Shown in pieces: positions 24,923-34,310 of a stretch of 64,000 nt of DNA (the first letter of the stretch is position 1; each line of letters starts with the position of its first letter). The DNA lies in assembly GCA_964390555.1 (NCBI GenBank), contig CAYMJU010000207.1:6466-70465 (forward strand). Reading direction: 5' to 3'. The stretch comes from an uncultured Acidimicrobiales bacterium (GTDB taxonomy: Bacteria; Actinomycetota; Acidimicrobiia; Acidimicrobiales; SHLQ01). A program made the position numbers and the translations under genes. The notes under the pieces are model-generated. The model saw only the letters and a list, made by a program, of their open reading frames with translations, was not told where the DNA came from and did not search any database.

Positions 24923-26908
24923 GGCTTCCCTCTCGTTCTGGCCGCGAATCGTGCGCGCCCGCGTCGAGGCTCGCCGCCAGAACGCGGGTGTCGACCACGT
25001 GGTCGAGGAGCTTGTCGATGCGGACGGCGGAGGCTTTGAACTCGGCGGTGCCGGACTTGGGGTCGGTGGCTTCGATGGTGAGGGTGTTGGTGTCGACCTG
25101 GTCGGGGAAGTGGAACGTCATGAACACCAGCCCCGGTCGAAGCGACGGATCGACACGGACGGGGGCCTCGATGGCCCCGCGGCGCGACGTCACGACGACG
25201 ACTTCTCCGTCGATGATCTGCAGACGATCAGCGTCCTCGGGCGAGACGTCGATCGTCTCGCCGAACCGCAACGGACTCTTGTAGCCGCTGGACTGCACGC
25301 CCGTGTTGTAGGAATCCAACCGGCGCCCGGTGGTGAGCCGCAGCGGGAAGTCGGCGCTGAGCTCGTCGACGGGCGGGTCGTCGATCACCACACTGAACGG
25401 GGCGCGCCGCCCGCGCACGTCGGGGTCATCGCTCCACAGCCGGTGGTGCAGGTAGCTCGGTTCGAGCGAGTCCTCCGACGGGCACGGCCACTGGATGCCC
25501 CCTAGCGCCTCGAGCCGGTCGTAGCTCATGCCGGTGTGCATCGGCGACAAGGTGCGCAACTCGTTCCAGATCTCCTCGGCCGACTCGTACCCGAAGTCGT
25601 GCCCGAGCCGGGCGCACAGGTCGAGGAGGATCTCGTGGTCGGCCCGCGCCTCGCCGGGCGGATCGAGCGCCTTGCGAACGCGCTGCACCCGGCGCTCGGA
25701 GTTGGTGACCGTGCCGTCGGTCTCGCACCAGCCGGCGGCCGATGGCAGCACCACGTCGGCGAGCTGCGCGGTCTTGGTAAGGAACATGTCCTGCACGACC
25801 AGATGGTCGAGCCCTTCGAGCAGATGGATGGCGTGTTGGCTGTCGGCCTCGGATTGGGCCGGGTTCTCGCCGATCACGTAGAGCGCCCGGAGGTCACCGC
25901 GGCCCATGGCCTCGAACATGGCGGTGAGGTGCCAGCCGTATCGGTCCTGGATCGTGCACCCCCAAGCGGCGTCGAACTTGGCGCGCACCGCGGGGTCGAG
26001 GATGTCCTGGAACCCGGGCATCCGGTTGGGGATGGCGCCCATGTCGCCACCGCCCTGCACGTTGTTCTGACCCCGCAGGGGGTTGAGCCCCGAGCCGTAG
26101 CGGCCGACGTGGCCGCACAGCAGGGCCAGGTTGATGAGCGCCAGCACGTTGTCGACGGCGTTGTGGTGCTCGGTGATGCCGAGGGTCCAGCAGATCTGGG
26201 CCCGGTCGGCGCGACCCCAGGCGTGGGCCAGCTCGCGGATCGATTCGGCGGGGATCCCCGTCACCTCGCTGCCGCGGGCCAGCGTCCACTCCTCGACCGA
26301 CGCCGCGTACTCGGCGAAGTCGCTGGTGGCCCGCTCGACGAACGCAGTGTTGACGAGCCCGGCATGGATGATCTCGCGGGCGATCGTGTTCGACAGCGCG
26401 ATGTCGGTGCCCACGTGGTTGCCGAGCCACAGGTCGGCGAACTCGGCGGTGCTGGTGCGGCGGGGATCGACCACGAACAGCTTGGCGCCGTTGCGCACAC
26501 CGGCCAGCACGTGGTGAAAGAAGATGGGGTGGGCCTCACGGGCGTTTGAACCCCACAGGACGATCACGTCGGTGTCCTCGACCTCGGCGTAGGACGAGGT
26601 GCCACCACCCGCTCCGAAGACGGTGGCCAGACCGACCACCGAAGGTGCGTGTCACGTTCGATTGCACGAGTCGATGTTGTTCGACCCGATGGCGACCCGC
26701 ATGAACTTCTGCGCCACGAAGTTCATCTCGTTGGTGCTCTTCGAGCACGAGAACACGCCCACGCCGTTCGGCCCGAGCGAGTCACGGGTGCGGGAAAAAC
26801 CGGCGGCCGCGCGGTCGAGCGCCTCGTCCCACGTGGCTGCGCGCAGTTCGCCGTCGACCCGCACGAGGGGGCGGGTGAGCCGCGTGTAGGGCTGATGGGC
26901 GAATCGTG
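24915..26908 (-). CDS. formate dehydrogenase catalytic molybdopterin domain protein, selenocysteine-containing (in-frame TGA at 26654-26652)
   Basis: Two adjacent same-frame ORFs are separated only by TGA: ...IGSNNIDSCNRT-TGA-HAPSVVGLATVFGAGGGTSSY. This is the conserved Cys/Sec active-site context of FdhF/FdsA enzymes. Start ATG 26908 follows GGAGG with 7-nt spacing. The N-terminus (PYTRLTRPLVRVDGELRAATWDEALD) is what normally follows the Fe4S4 domain. Confidence 0.75.
26621..26641 (-). promoter_or_regulatory. SECIS-like hairpin starting 11 nt downstream of the in-frame UGA
   Basis: RNA CGGUGGUC-GGUCU-GGCCACCG forms an 8-bp stem (one G.U pair) with a 5-nt GGUCU loop. The spacing and the GGUC-containing loop resemble the E. 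coli fdhF SECIS as I recall it. Confidence 0.55.
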
Positions 26909-26920
26909 ATCTGGGCATGA

Positions 26921-27415
26921 TCATGCCTCCAATGCGTCGAGGGATCGCAGCTTGCCTTTGAAGAAGATCGACGGCTCGGCGCCGTTGTCGGCGTGGTCGA
27001 GCGCGACCACGCGACCGAGCACGAACAGGTGGTCGCCCATCTCGGTCACCGACTCGATCGCGCAGTCGATCCACGCCACCGCGCCACCGAGGATCGGTGA
27101 ACCGCTCCCGGCCGGCTCCCACGCTACGTCGGCGAACTTGTCGCCGTTGCCCGACTTGGCGAAGCGCCAGCACAGCTCGTCCTGCTCGCTGGACAGCACG
27201 TTGACGCAAAACGAACCCGACTCGGCCATCGCCTGCCACGACACCGAGCCCGACATCGGCAGGAAACCGACGAGGGGCGGGTCGAGCGAAACCGAAGTAA
27301 ACGAGCCGATCGTCGCGCCGACCGGGCCGGCGGGGCCGATTCCCGTCACGATCGTGACCCCCGTGGGGTAGTGCCCGAGCACCTGGCGGAAACGGGCAGG
27401 ATCGATGCTGCTCAC
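26921..27415 (-). CDS. flavin reductase (HpaC/NADH:FMN oxidoreductase-like domain)
   Basis: FRQVLGHYPTGVTIVTG...GSFTSVSLDPPLV is the typical flavin_reduct domain N-terminus. GTG 27415 follows GAGAGGA. Confidence 0.85.
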   Translation of the reverse strand: MSSIDPARFRQVLGHYPTGVTIVTGIGPAGPVGATIGSFTSVSLDPPLVGFLPMSGSVSWQAMAESGSFCVNVLSSEQDELCWRFAKSGNGDKFADVAWEPAGSGSPILGGAVAWIDCAIESVTEMGDHLFVLGRVVALDHADNGAEPSIFFKGKLRSLDALEA

Positions 27416-27432
27416 GGGCGTCCTCTCGACAG

Positions 27433-28089
27433 TCAGGTGGATGGTGGTGTGCCATAGGCGATCACGGACAAGAAGCGGATGGGTGTTCGGATCAGTCGGG
27501 TCGGGCCGTGCGGCACGTCGCCGTCGAACTGGAGGGCGTCGCCGCGGCGAAGGTTGTAACGAGCCGCGCCGTGGCCGTACTCGAGCACCCCGTCGAGCAT
27601 GTAGATGAACTCGGTCCCCGCGTGCTGGAACAGCGGGAACACCTCGCTCTCCTCGTTCAACGTGACGAGGAGCGGCTCCATGCGCTTGAACGCGCCGCGC
27701 ATGGCGCCGAGCAGCTGGTAGTCGTGCCCGGATCGAGTGCCGTCGCGGACGATGTCGATGCCCTGGCCGGCGCGCACGAAGATGGCGTCGTGCTCCTCCT
27801 CGAGGCCGCGGAACAGCGCAGTGACCGGCACGTTGATGGCCGACGCGACGCGGGCGAGGGTGCTGAGGCTCGGCGACGCCTGGCCGTTCTCGATCTTCGA
27901 GAGCATGCCCTTGCTGATCCCGGCGGCATCCGCGAGCTGCGCGACGGTGAGACCGAGGGATTGGCGGAACTCCCGTACTCGCTGGGCGATCACGTCGTTG
28001 AGGGCGCGTTCGAGCTGATCGGGATCGATGGCCGTGGCGAGCCGTTCGCGGGCGGCCCCCTCGTCGCTCATCGCGGCCACTGTACCCAC
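27433..28089 (-). CDS. XRE-family HTH + cupin transcriptional regulator (PuuR-like architecture)
   Basis: HTH LTVAQLADAAGISKGMLSKIENG, followed by a C-terminal cupin (HAGTEFIYMLDGVLEYGHG...GDALQFDGDVPHG). First gene of the minus-strand regulator/flavin reductase/FDH string. Confidence 0.85.
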   Translation of the reverse strand: MGTVAAMSDEGAARERLATAIDPDQLERALNDVIAQRVREFRQSLGLTVAQLADAAGISKGMLSKIENGQASPSLSTLARVASAINVPVTALFRGLEEEHDAIFVRAGQGIDIVRDGTRSGHDYQLLGAMRGAFKRMEPLLVTLNEESEVFPLFQHAGTEFIYMLDGVLEYGHGAARYNLRRGDALQFDGDVPHGPTRLIRTPIRFLSVIAYGTPPST

Positions 28090-28105
28090 GAATCATTGGC
28101 CGGGA

Positions 28106-28122
28106 GTTTCCAGGCAGGAAAC
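28106..28122. promoter_or_regulatory. perfect inverted repeat GTTTCC-N5-GGAAAC between the regulator and the permease
   Basis: Read directly from the sequence. It lies in the 120-nt divergent intergenic region. A third GGAAAC half-site is at 28137-28142. Confidence 0.45.
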
Positions 28123-28209
28123 ATCGTCTCTTGCACGGAAACGCCCGATGAGCCAGACTGACGGCGCGCCAGGGGGGCCCGGCGCCCCTGATCCACGCAG
28201 GGACATCCT

Positions 28210-29733
28210 TTGGGGGACCGTATGGATGACGCACACGCCGACTTCGGCACTGGCCTGGTGACCAGCACCGGCCAGCTCGCCAAGGACACGAACTGGTGGG
28301 GAGCCTTCGTGATCGGCCTCTCCGGCACGATCCTGGTGATCACCCTGGTCGGGTTCGCCGTCCAGGCTCTTGGAGGCTTCTCGATCCCTATGTTCGTGGT
28401 CATCACGGGCTTCGGGGTGCTGCTGTGCTATTGCCTGGCCGAGCTCGCCGCCGCCTTTCCCGACCGAACCGGGGGCCTCCCCAGCTACGCATTTGAGACG
28501 TTCAAGCCGCTCGGCGAGAAGGCGGCGACGCACATCGGCGGCTTGTCGACGTGGGGGTACTGGCTGGGCTGGTTCACCGTCGCCCCCATCAACTCGATCA
28601 TCGCCGCTAGCTACATCAGGATCCTGTTCGAGATCCCGGCCGGTAAACAGTTCGATCCGTTCGGTGCCACCTTTGGTCTCCCGCTCGTCACGACGGACTT
28701 CATCATCGGCGTGGTGATCATGCTGGCCATGTTCGTGCCGTGCTTCCTGGGCATCCGGCTGGGTGCCGGGTTCGCGAGCGTCCTGGGCGTCGCGTCGGTG
28801 ATCCCGCTTCTCATCTTGGTGTTGCTCCCGCTCACCCAACCCGGTGACATCGACTTCGGCCGCGTCGACGGTTTCGGCTTTCCCGATGGGGTCGACGGCA
28901 GCTTCAAGCTCATCATCGCATGGGTGTTCATCTACACCTGGTCGGTGCTGGCGATGGAGGCTGCGGCCTGCTACATCGGCGAGTGCAAGGACCCGGCGCG
29001 CGACGCCAAGCTGGCCATGACCGCCGAGGGGTTGTTCGGGTTCTTCATCTACGTCACCGTGCCGCTCATGGTGATTGCGGTTCTGGGCACGGGTGCGGCG
29101 CTGGCCAGCATCGACGCCAAGACGGTGTTCGACGGCTATATCCAGGCCCTGTTTGGCACCTCCGACTTCTGGAAGTGGTTCGTAGGGTTGGCGCTGGTGA
29201 TCGCCCTGCTCCTGTCGGTGCTGAACGCGGTGATGGGTTGCGCCCGAGGGCTGTACCAGAACAGCCACGACGGCATCTTGCCCCGGTGGCTCGGGCACAC
29301 CAACAAGCACGGTTCGCCTGACTACGCCATGTTCTTCAACCTGGGCTGCTCGATCATCCTGTTGCTGTCGGGAACCCCGCTCGAGATCTACATCTTCTCG
29401 AACATGGGCTACCTGTTCGCCGTAGCACTCTCGATGATCGGCTACTGGCTCTACCGGACACGAGGGCTGGCCGACCCCGCACGCCCCGTGAAGATGCCGG
29501 GCTGGATGTCACCCGCCTCGTTGGTCATCGGTGTTTTCTTCCTGTTCTGCTGGATCTACGGTGGATTCTTCTCGGCCGACTTCGTGCTCGGCGACAAGGA
29601 CAAGCGCTACCTGTTCTGGCTGGGGCTCGTGCTCGTCGCCTTGTACTTCCCGCTGTACTGGTGGCGCCAGGCCGAGGACAAGCGACTCGGCACCACCACC
29701 ACCCAGCCGGTTTCCGCCACCGCCGACAGCTGA
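28210..29733 (+). CDS. APC-superfamily amino acid/amine permease
   Basis: 507 aa with about 12 hydrophobic segments. APC-like N-terminal region (WGAFVIGLSGTILV...LCYCLAELAAAFPDRTGG). The start (28210 or ATG 28222) is uncertain. Confidence 0.8.
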   Translation: MGDRMDDAHADFGTGLVTSTGQLAKDTNWWGAFVIGLSGTILVITLVGFAVQALGGFSIPMFVVITGFGVLLCYCLAELAAAFPDRTGGLPSYAFETFKPLGEKAATHIGGLSTWGYWLGWFTVAPINSIIAASYIRILFEIPAGKQFDPFGATFGLPLVTTDFIIGVVIMLAMFVPCFLGIRLGAGFASVLGVASVIPLLILVLLPLTQPGDIDFGRVDGFGFPDGVDGSFKLIIAWVFIYTWSVLAMEAAACYIGECKDPARDAKLAMTAEGLFGFFIYVTVPLMVIAVLGTGAALASIDAKTVFDGYIQALFGTSDFWKWFVGLALVIALLLSVLNAVMGCARGLYQNSHDGILPRWLGHTNKHGSPDYAMFFNLGCSIILLLSGTPLEIYIFSNMGYLFAVALSMIGYWLYRTRGLADPARPVKMPGWMSPASLVIGVFFLFCWIYGGFFSADFVLGDKDKRYLFWLGLVLVALYFPLYWWRQAEDKRLGTTTTQPVSATADS

Positions 29734-29805
29734 ACCTGAGCTACTGACTTGCTTGGACGACGGCGCCGTTGGGACGAACAACCAACGGCGCCGTGTCGCG
29801 TCCTG

Positions 29806-30279
29806 ATGGCTTCACCCGGGCCCGCCTTCACGATCGCCGCGACCGATAAGGCAGCCGAACTGGCCGCCGGTGAGCCGGTCGCCATCCTGCTGATCGCCCG
29901 CATGCACGGCACCAGCCTGGGCCTCCCGAACCCGGGGCTGCTGCCGACCAAGGCCGAGCGCGATCAGGCTCGCGACGACGTGGCCGCGGCGATCGACCGG
30001 CTCGAACGCAAGGACGTGCCCGTCGACGGTCAGGTGGCTATCACCCGCAAGGTGCTGGGGAAGATGTCCGGCGTCGCTCGGTTGCGCGGAGCTTCCCATG
30101 TCGTGATCGACGAGCCGGTGGGCGGTCCGACCCGCCAGTTCCTCGACGGCACGTCGGCGTCGTGGCTCCGCCGTCGGCTCCCCGACGGCGTCGCGGTCGT
30201 CGTGGTCCCCAAATCCGAGCGATTGGCCGAGGAGCGACGAGCCCGCGACGCTCACGATCGCGACCAACGTCGCCGCTGA
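29806..30279 (+). CDS. hypothetical protein (possibly USP-like alpha/beta fold)
   Basis: ORF with protein-like composition from MASPGPAFTIAATD. Basic C-terminal tail. No firm motif. Confidence 0.45.
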   Translation: MASPGPAFTIAATDKAAELAAGEPVAILLIARMHGTSLGLPNPGLLPTKAERDQARDDVAAAIDRLERKDVPVDGQVAITRKVLGKMSGVARLRGASHVVIDEPVGGPTRQFLDGTSASWLRRRLPDGVAVVVVPKSERLAEERRARDAHDRDQRRR

Positions 30280-30352
30280 GCTGTTCCCCCGAATCGAGCG
30301 CAACCACCGAGCGCATGGGTAGGCGGTTGCGCGAGATTGGTGGGAGAAGCGG

Positions 30353-31180
30353 TCAGTGGCTCGTGCGGTAGTCGCCGAAGGGTTGATCGCGCTTCTGGAG
30401 GGCGGCGGTGAGGCCCTCGCCCTGGATGGCGCCGACGAATTCGGCCATCGCCTTGGTGTGGGTACCGAGCGCGCACAGCTCGGTGCCGGCCCGGATGCCC
30501 GAGCGCATGCCCATGTGGTCCATCTGGCGGTGGACGAGCCGTTTGTTCATCTGCACCAGCTCGTGCGGGATGGCGCAGATCCGCTTGGCGACCTCGACCA
30601 CGGCGTCGTCGAGCTCGTCGGCCGGGAACGCCCGATTGGCCCAGCCCTCGGCGACCGCTTCGACGCCGGAGATCGAGTCGCCGGTGATCATCATCTCCAT
30701 GGCCCGGCGCATGCCGAGGAACCAGGCGTGGAAGTGCATGTCGGGCACGCCGAAACGAACGGCCGGGTAGCCCATCTTGGCGTCCTCGGCCACGTAGATC
30801 AGATCACAGCCGGTCGCCAGCTCACTGCCGCCGGCGAGGCAGTAGCCGTGGACCTGAGCGATCACCGGCTTGGCGAGATCCCAGATGCTCATCCACCCCT
30901 CGGTGACGTGGCGGGGCCACTGACCCTCGCCGGGGGGCGTGTAAAAGGGCATCTCGTGACCAACGTTTCCGCCCGCGAGGTCGTAGCCCGCAGAGAACGA
31001 CGGACCGGCGCCGCGGATGATCGTCACCCGCACCGCATCGTCCTGGTCGTGGGCGCGCAGAGCGTTGAGGATGGCTCCTCGTAGCGGGTGGTTGAGGGCG
31101 TTGCGCTTCTCGGGCCGGTTCATGGTGATCCGCCTCACCCCCGCCACAGGCTCGTCAATCAAGATCACTGGCTCGGTCAT
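30353..31180 (-). CDS. enoyl-CoA hydratase/isomerase (crotonase) family protein
   Basis: RITMNRPEKRNALN and GAGPSFSAGYDL oxyanion-hole motifs. Confidence 0.85.
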   Translation of the reverse strand: MTEPVILIDEPVAGVRRITMNRPEKRNALNHPLRGAILNALRAHDQDDAVRVTIIRGAGPSFSAGYDLAGGNVGHEMPFYTPPGEGQWPRHVTEGWMSIWDLAKPVIAQVHGYCLAGGSELATGCDLIYVAEDAKMGYPAVRFGVPDMHFHAWFLGMRRAMEMMITGDSISGVEAVAEGWANRAFPADELDDAVVEVAKRICAIPHELVQMNKRLVHRQMDHMGMRSGIRAGTELCALGTHTKAMAEFVGAIQGEGLTAALQKRDQPFGDYRTSH

Positions 31181-31468
31181 CGGGGTCCCTCTCGTCGTGC
31201 TACTACCCAGATTGTCGTCCACAAGGAACCAGAACGGTGGCATTCCCTCAAGACGAGGTGCGCTCGGCCGATCCGAGATACCTCAGATCACGACCGCGGT
31301 AAGCATCTGGCTACTCGGCTCGACAGGTGAGGAGATGCGATGAACCGCCTTCTCGACGACTCGGGCCACGTCAACGAACGGCGGCGAGGCCGGTTTCCGC
31401 CGATGGGGTCGGTCAGCCCGAGGACGAGGCGGACACGATCGGGATTGCGCCGAACGGCCCCGACGGTG

Positions 31469-32725
31469 ATGGCGATCGTGCTGGCTGGTGGTCAGGGTGT
31501 GCGCCTTCGCCCGCTCACGCTCGACCGGGCCAAACCAGCGTTGCCCTTCGGCGGGACGTTCCGGCTCATCGACTTCGTGATGTCGAACCTCGCCAACGCC
31601 GGATACACCGAAATCGCGGTGCTGACCGAATACCAGCACCGCGAGCTCGACCGTCATATCGCCCGGGCGTGGGGCCACCTGGCCTACGCAATCCCCGCCG
31701 AGGTATCGCCGTTGGACCGGTCGGGTCGACACCCCGGTGGCACCGCCGGAGCCGTACACACCATCGTGCCGTTGATCGAGGCCGCGGCCCCCGACGTCGT
31801 CTGCGTGTTCGGCGCCGATCACGTGTACCGCATGGATCCGACCCAGTTGGTGAACGACCACGTTGAAAGCGGTGCCGGGGCCACGGTCGTAGGAGTTCGG
31901 GTGCCTCGCCGGTGCGCCTCGGCTTTCGGCGTGATCGACCCGGGACCCAATACCTCGGTGGCCGGCTTCGTCGAGAAGGCTGCGCATCCACCGTCGCTGC
32001 CCGGCGAAGAATCGACATGCCTGGCGTCGATGGGCAACTACGCGTTCGACCGAGACCTCCTCGTCGAAATTCTCAACCGGGACGCCAACGATCGGTTCAG
32101 CCGCCACGATTTCGGCGGTGACGTGCTACCTCACTTGGCTGCAGAGGGGCGACTGCGCTATCACGACTTCGGGCGCAACCGGGTCGTCGGGCAACCCGAG
32201 AGCGAGGTCGGCTACTGGCGAGACGTGGGCACGGTCGACGCCTATCACGCGGCCCACATGGACCTGATCGGTCCCGAGCCGCGGTTCAGCCTTCAGAACC
32301 GATCATGGCCGACCCGGCCTTGCCGACCTACCCACCCGAGCGCCACGACCATCGACCTGACGGACCATCACACCGGTCTGTTGATCGACAGCCTGGTGTG
32401 CCCGGGATCGGTTGTGGCCGGCGGTCGCGCCGTCCGGTCGGTGATCGGGCCGCAGAGCCGGCTCGATCGCGGCGCCGATCTCGCCGAGGTCGTGCTGCTC
32501 GACGGTGTCCGCGTGGGCGCCGGCGCGGTGATCCGACGGACAGTGATCGACACCGGCGTGACCATCCCGGCCGCCGAACACATCGGCGTCGACCCCGAGT
32601 CCGACCGCGCACGGTTCACCGTCTCGGACCACGGCATCGTCGTCGTGCCCCGGAGCTACGACTTCAGTTCCGGCCCGCTCCGAACCCGATCGATGAGCGG
32701 GCCCTCCAGCCTCCTGGGGTCCTAA
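31469..32725 (+). CDS. glgC: glucose-1-phosphate adenylyltransferase-like nucleotidyltransferase
   Basis: MAIVLAGGQGVRLRPLTLDRAKPALPFGG...RLIDFVMSNLANAG is the GlgC N-terminal signature. The C-terminal region is left-handed beta-helix-like. The start could be further upstream (ORF opens at 31340). Confidence 0.75.
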   Translation: MAIVLAGGQGVRLRPLTLDRAKPALPFGGTFRLIDFVMSNLANAGYTEIAVLTEYQHRELDRHIARAWGHLAYAIPAEVSPLDRSGRHPGGTAGAVHTIVPLIEAAAPDVVCVFGADHVYRMDPTQLVNDHVESGAGATVVGVRVPRRCASAFGVIDPGPNTSVAGFVEKAAHPPSLPGEESTCLASMGNYAFDRDLLVEILNRDANDRFSRHDFGGDVLPHLAAEGRLRYHDFGRNRVVGQPESEVGYWRDVGTVDAYHAAHMDLIGPEPRFSLQNRSWPTRPCRPTHPSATTIDLTDHHTGLLIDSLVCPGSVVAGGRAVRSVIGPQSRLDRGADLAEVVLLDGVRVGAGAVIRRTVIDTGVTIPAAEHIGVDPESDRARFTVSDHGIVVVPRSYDFSSGPLRTRSMSGPSSLLGS

Positions 32726-32840
32726 GAGGGCGAGCCGATAGGCGAGCCCTCCAATGTGACAGTGGCATTTCTCGACCGCGCGGTAGGCGAGCGAGACCGA
32801 TCAGACGTCGAACGTTCACCTAGTGGTGCGCGTTCCAGGG

Positions 32841-34238
32841 TCAGAACAAGGTGAGGTACTTCTCGGTCTCCCAGGCGCTCACCCCGGAGTGCCAGGCGCG
32901 GAACTCTTCGGCCTTCACCGCCGCGAAGTAGTCGCTGTAGTACTCGGTGCCGGTGTGGCCGAACGCCGCGCGCAACACGTCGTCGTCGACCATGGCCTCG
33001 ACGGCGTGCAAGAGCGTCGGCGGCATGGCCTTGATGCCCTTGGCCGCCACCTCGACGGGATACATGGCGTGGAGGTTGTCGAGGTTCGGCTTGCCGGGAT
33101 CGAGTTTGCGATCCACGCCGTCGAGCCCGGCGGCCAGCACCGCGGTGAACGCCAGGTACGGGTTGGCCGACCCGTCGACGGCGCGGACCTCGAGCCGGTT
33201 GCCCTCGGATATGCGCATCATCTGGGTGCGGTTGTTTCCGCCGTAGGCGACATAGGCCGGGGCCCACGTGGCTCCCGAGTTCGGCGCCGCCACACCCATC
33301 CGCTTGTAGCTGTTGACGGTCGGGGCGATGAACGCGCACAGCGCCCGGGCATGGTCGAGCACGCCACCGGCGAACTGATACCCGAGCGGCGTGAGACCGA
33401 GGCCGTACTTGTCCTTGACACTTTTTCCTGGGCCACCTTTTCCTGGACCCCTGCCGGCGTTCTCGAACAGGTTGCGCTTGCCGTCGGCGGACCACAGTGA
33501 CGTGTTCATGTGCAGCCCGTTGCCGGTGAGGTGCTGGAACGGCTTGGGCATGAACGTGGCCGCCATGCCGGCCTCGTGCGCGACGGTGTGCACCATGTAG
33601 CGGAAGAAGATCAACCGGTCGGCGGTGGTGAGCGCATCGGAGAACTTCCAGTTCTGCTCGAACTGGCCGTTGGCGTCCTCGTGGTCGTTGGCGTAGTTCT
33701 CCCAGCCGAGCTGGTTCATGTACTTCGACACCGTCGAGATGTGGTCGTACATCCGACCGAGCGCTTTGGCGTCGTAGCACGGCAGCGGTTGGGTATCGAG
33801 CGGATCGGCCAGTTCGATCCCACCTTCGGCCTTGCGCCGGACCAGGTGGTACTCGGCCTCGACGCCGACCATCAGCTTCATCCCCCGGTCCTGTTCGAGG
33901 GCGTCCAGGGCGTTGCGCATGATGAGCCGCGGCGTGTATGGCCACAACTTGCCGTCGACCTCGATGTCGCTCATGACGACCGCGACGTGGTCTCGCCATG
34001 GGAGCTTGAAGTAGCTGTTGGCGTCGGGCACCGCGATCATGTCGGGCGACGCCGGCGACTGACCCATGGGCCCCGCGGCGAACCCGGCGAACCCGGCGCC
34101 GCTCACGACCACATCCATGGCCGACGACGGCACGAGCTTGGCGCACGGTCGGCCGTGCATGTCGACGAACATGACGAGGAAGAATTCGATGTCGTCGGCC
34201 TGGGCCTTCGCCTCGAGGATCTCGCGGGTGTCGCTCAT
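32841..34238 (-). CDS. glutamine synthetase type-I-like gamma-glutamyl-amine synthetase (PuuA/GlnA3-like)
   Basis: GS motifs (VGVEAEYHL, NDHEDANGQFEQN, FMPKPF, GNGLHMNTSLW, NSYKR). ATG 34238 follows GGGGGAAC. Divergent from the second mgsABC-like operon. Confidence 0.85.
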   Translation of the reverse strand: MSDTREILEAKAQADDIEFFLVMFVDMHGRPCAKLVPSSAMDVVVSGAGFAGFAAGPMGQSPASPDMIAVPDANSYFKLPWRDHVAVVMSDIEVDGKLWPYTPRLIMRNALDALEQDRGMKLMVGVEAEYHLVRRKAEGGIELADPLDTQPLPCYDAKALGRMYDHISTVSKYMNQLGWENYANDHEDANGQFEQNWKFSDALTTADRLIFFRYMVHTVAHEAGMAATFMPKPFQHLTGNGLHMNTSLWSADGKRNLFENAGRGPGKGGPGKSVKDKYGLGLTPLGYQFAGGVLDHARALCAFIAPTVNSYKRMGVAAPNSGATWAPAYVAYGGNNRTQMMRISEGNRLEVRAVDGSANPYLAFTAVLAAGLDGVDRKLDPGKPNLDNLHAMYPVEVAAKGIKAMPPTLLHAVEAMVDDDVLRAAFGHTGTEYYSDYFAAVKAEEFRAWHSGVSAWETEKYLTLF

Positions 34239-34310
34239 GGTGTTCCCCCTGGTTCGAGCCGACGGTCTCGACCCCCGAGCCGTCGACGCGAACTGTAGTT
34301 CAGCGCGGAT

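Noticed and set aside
26652-27455. 267-aa ORF treated as an independent gene
   Set aside because: Upstream of 26908 it is Arg-rich and overlaps the flavin reductase gene in another frame. Only 26655-26908 is coding, and it continues through the in-frame TGA into 24915-26651 as a single Sec-containing FDH subunit.
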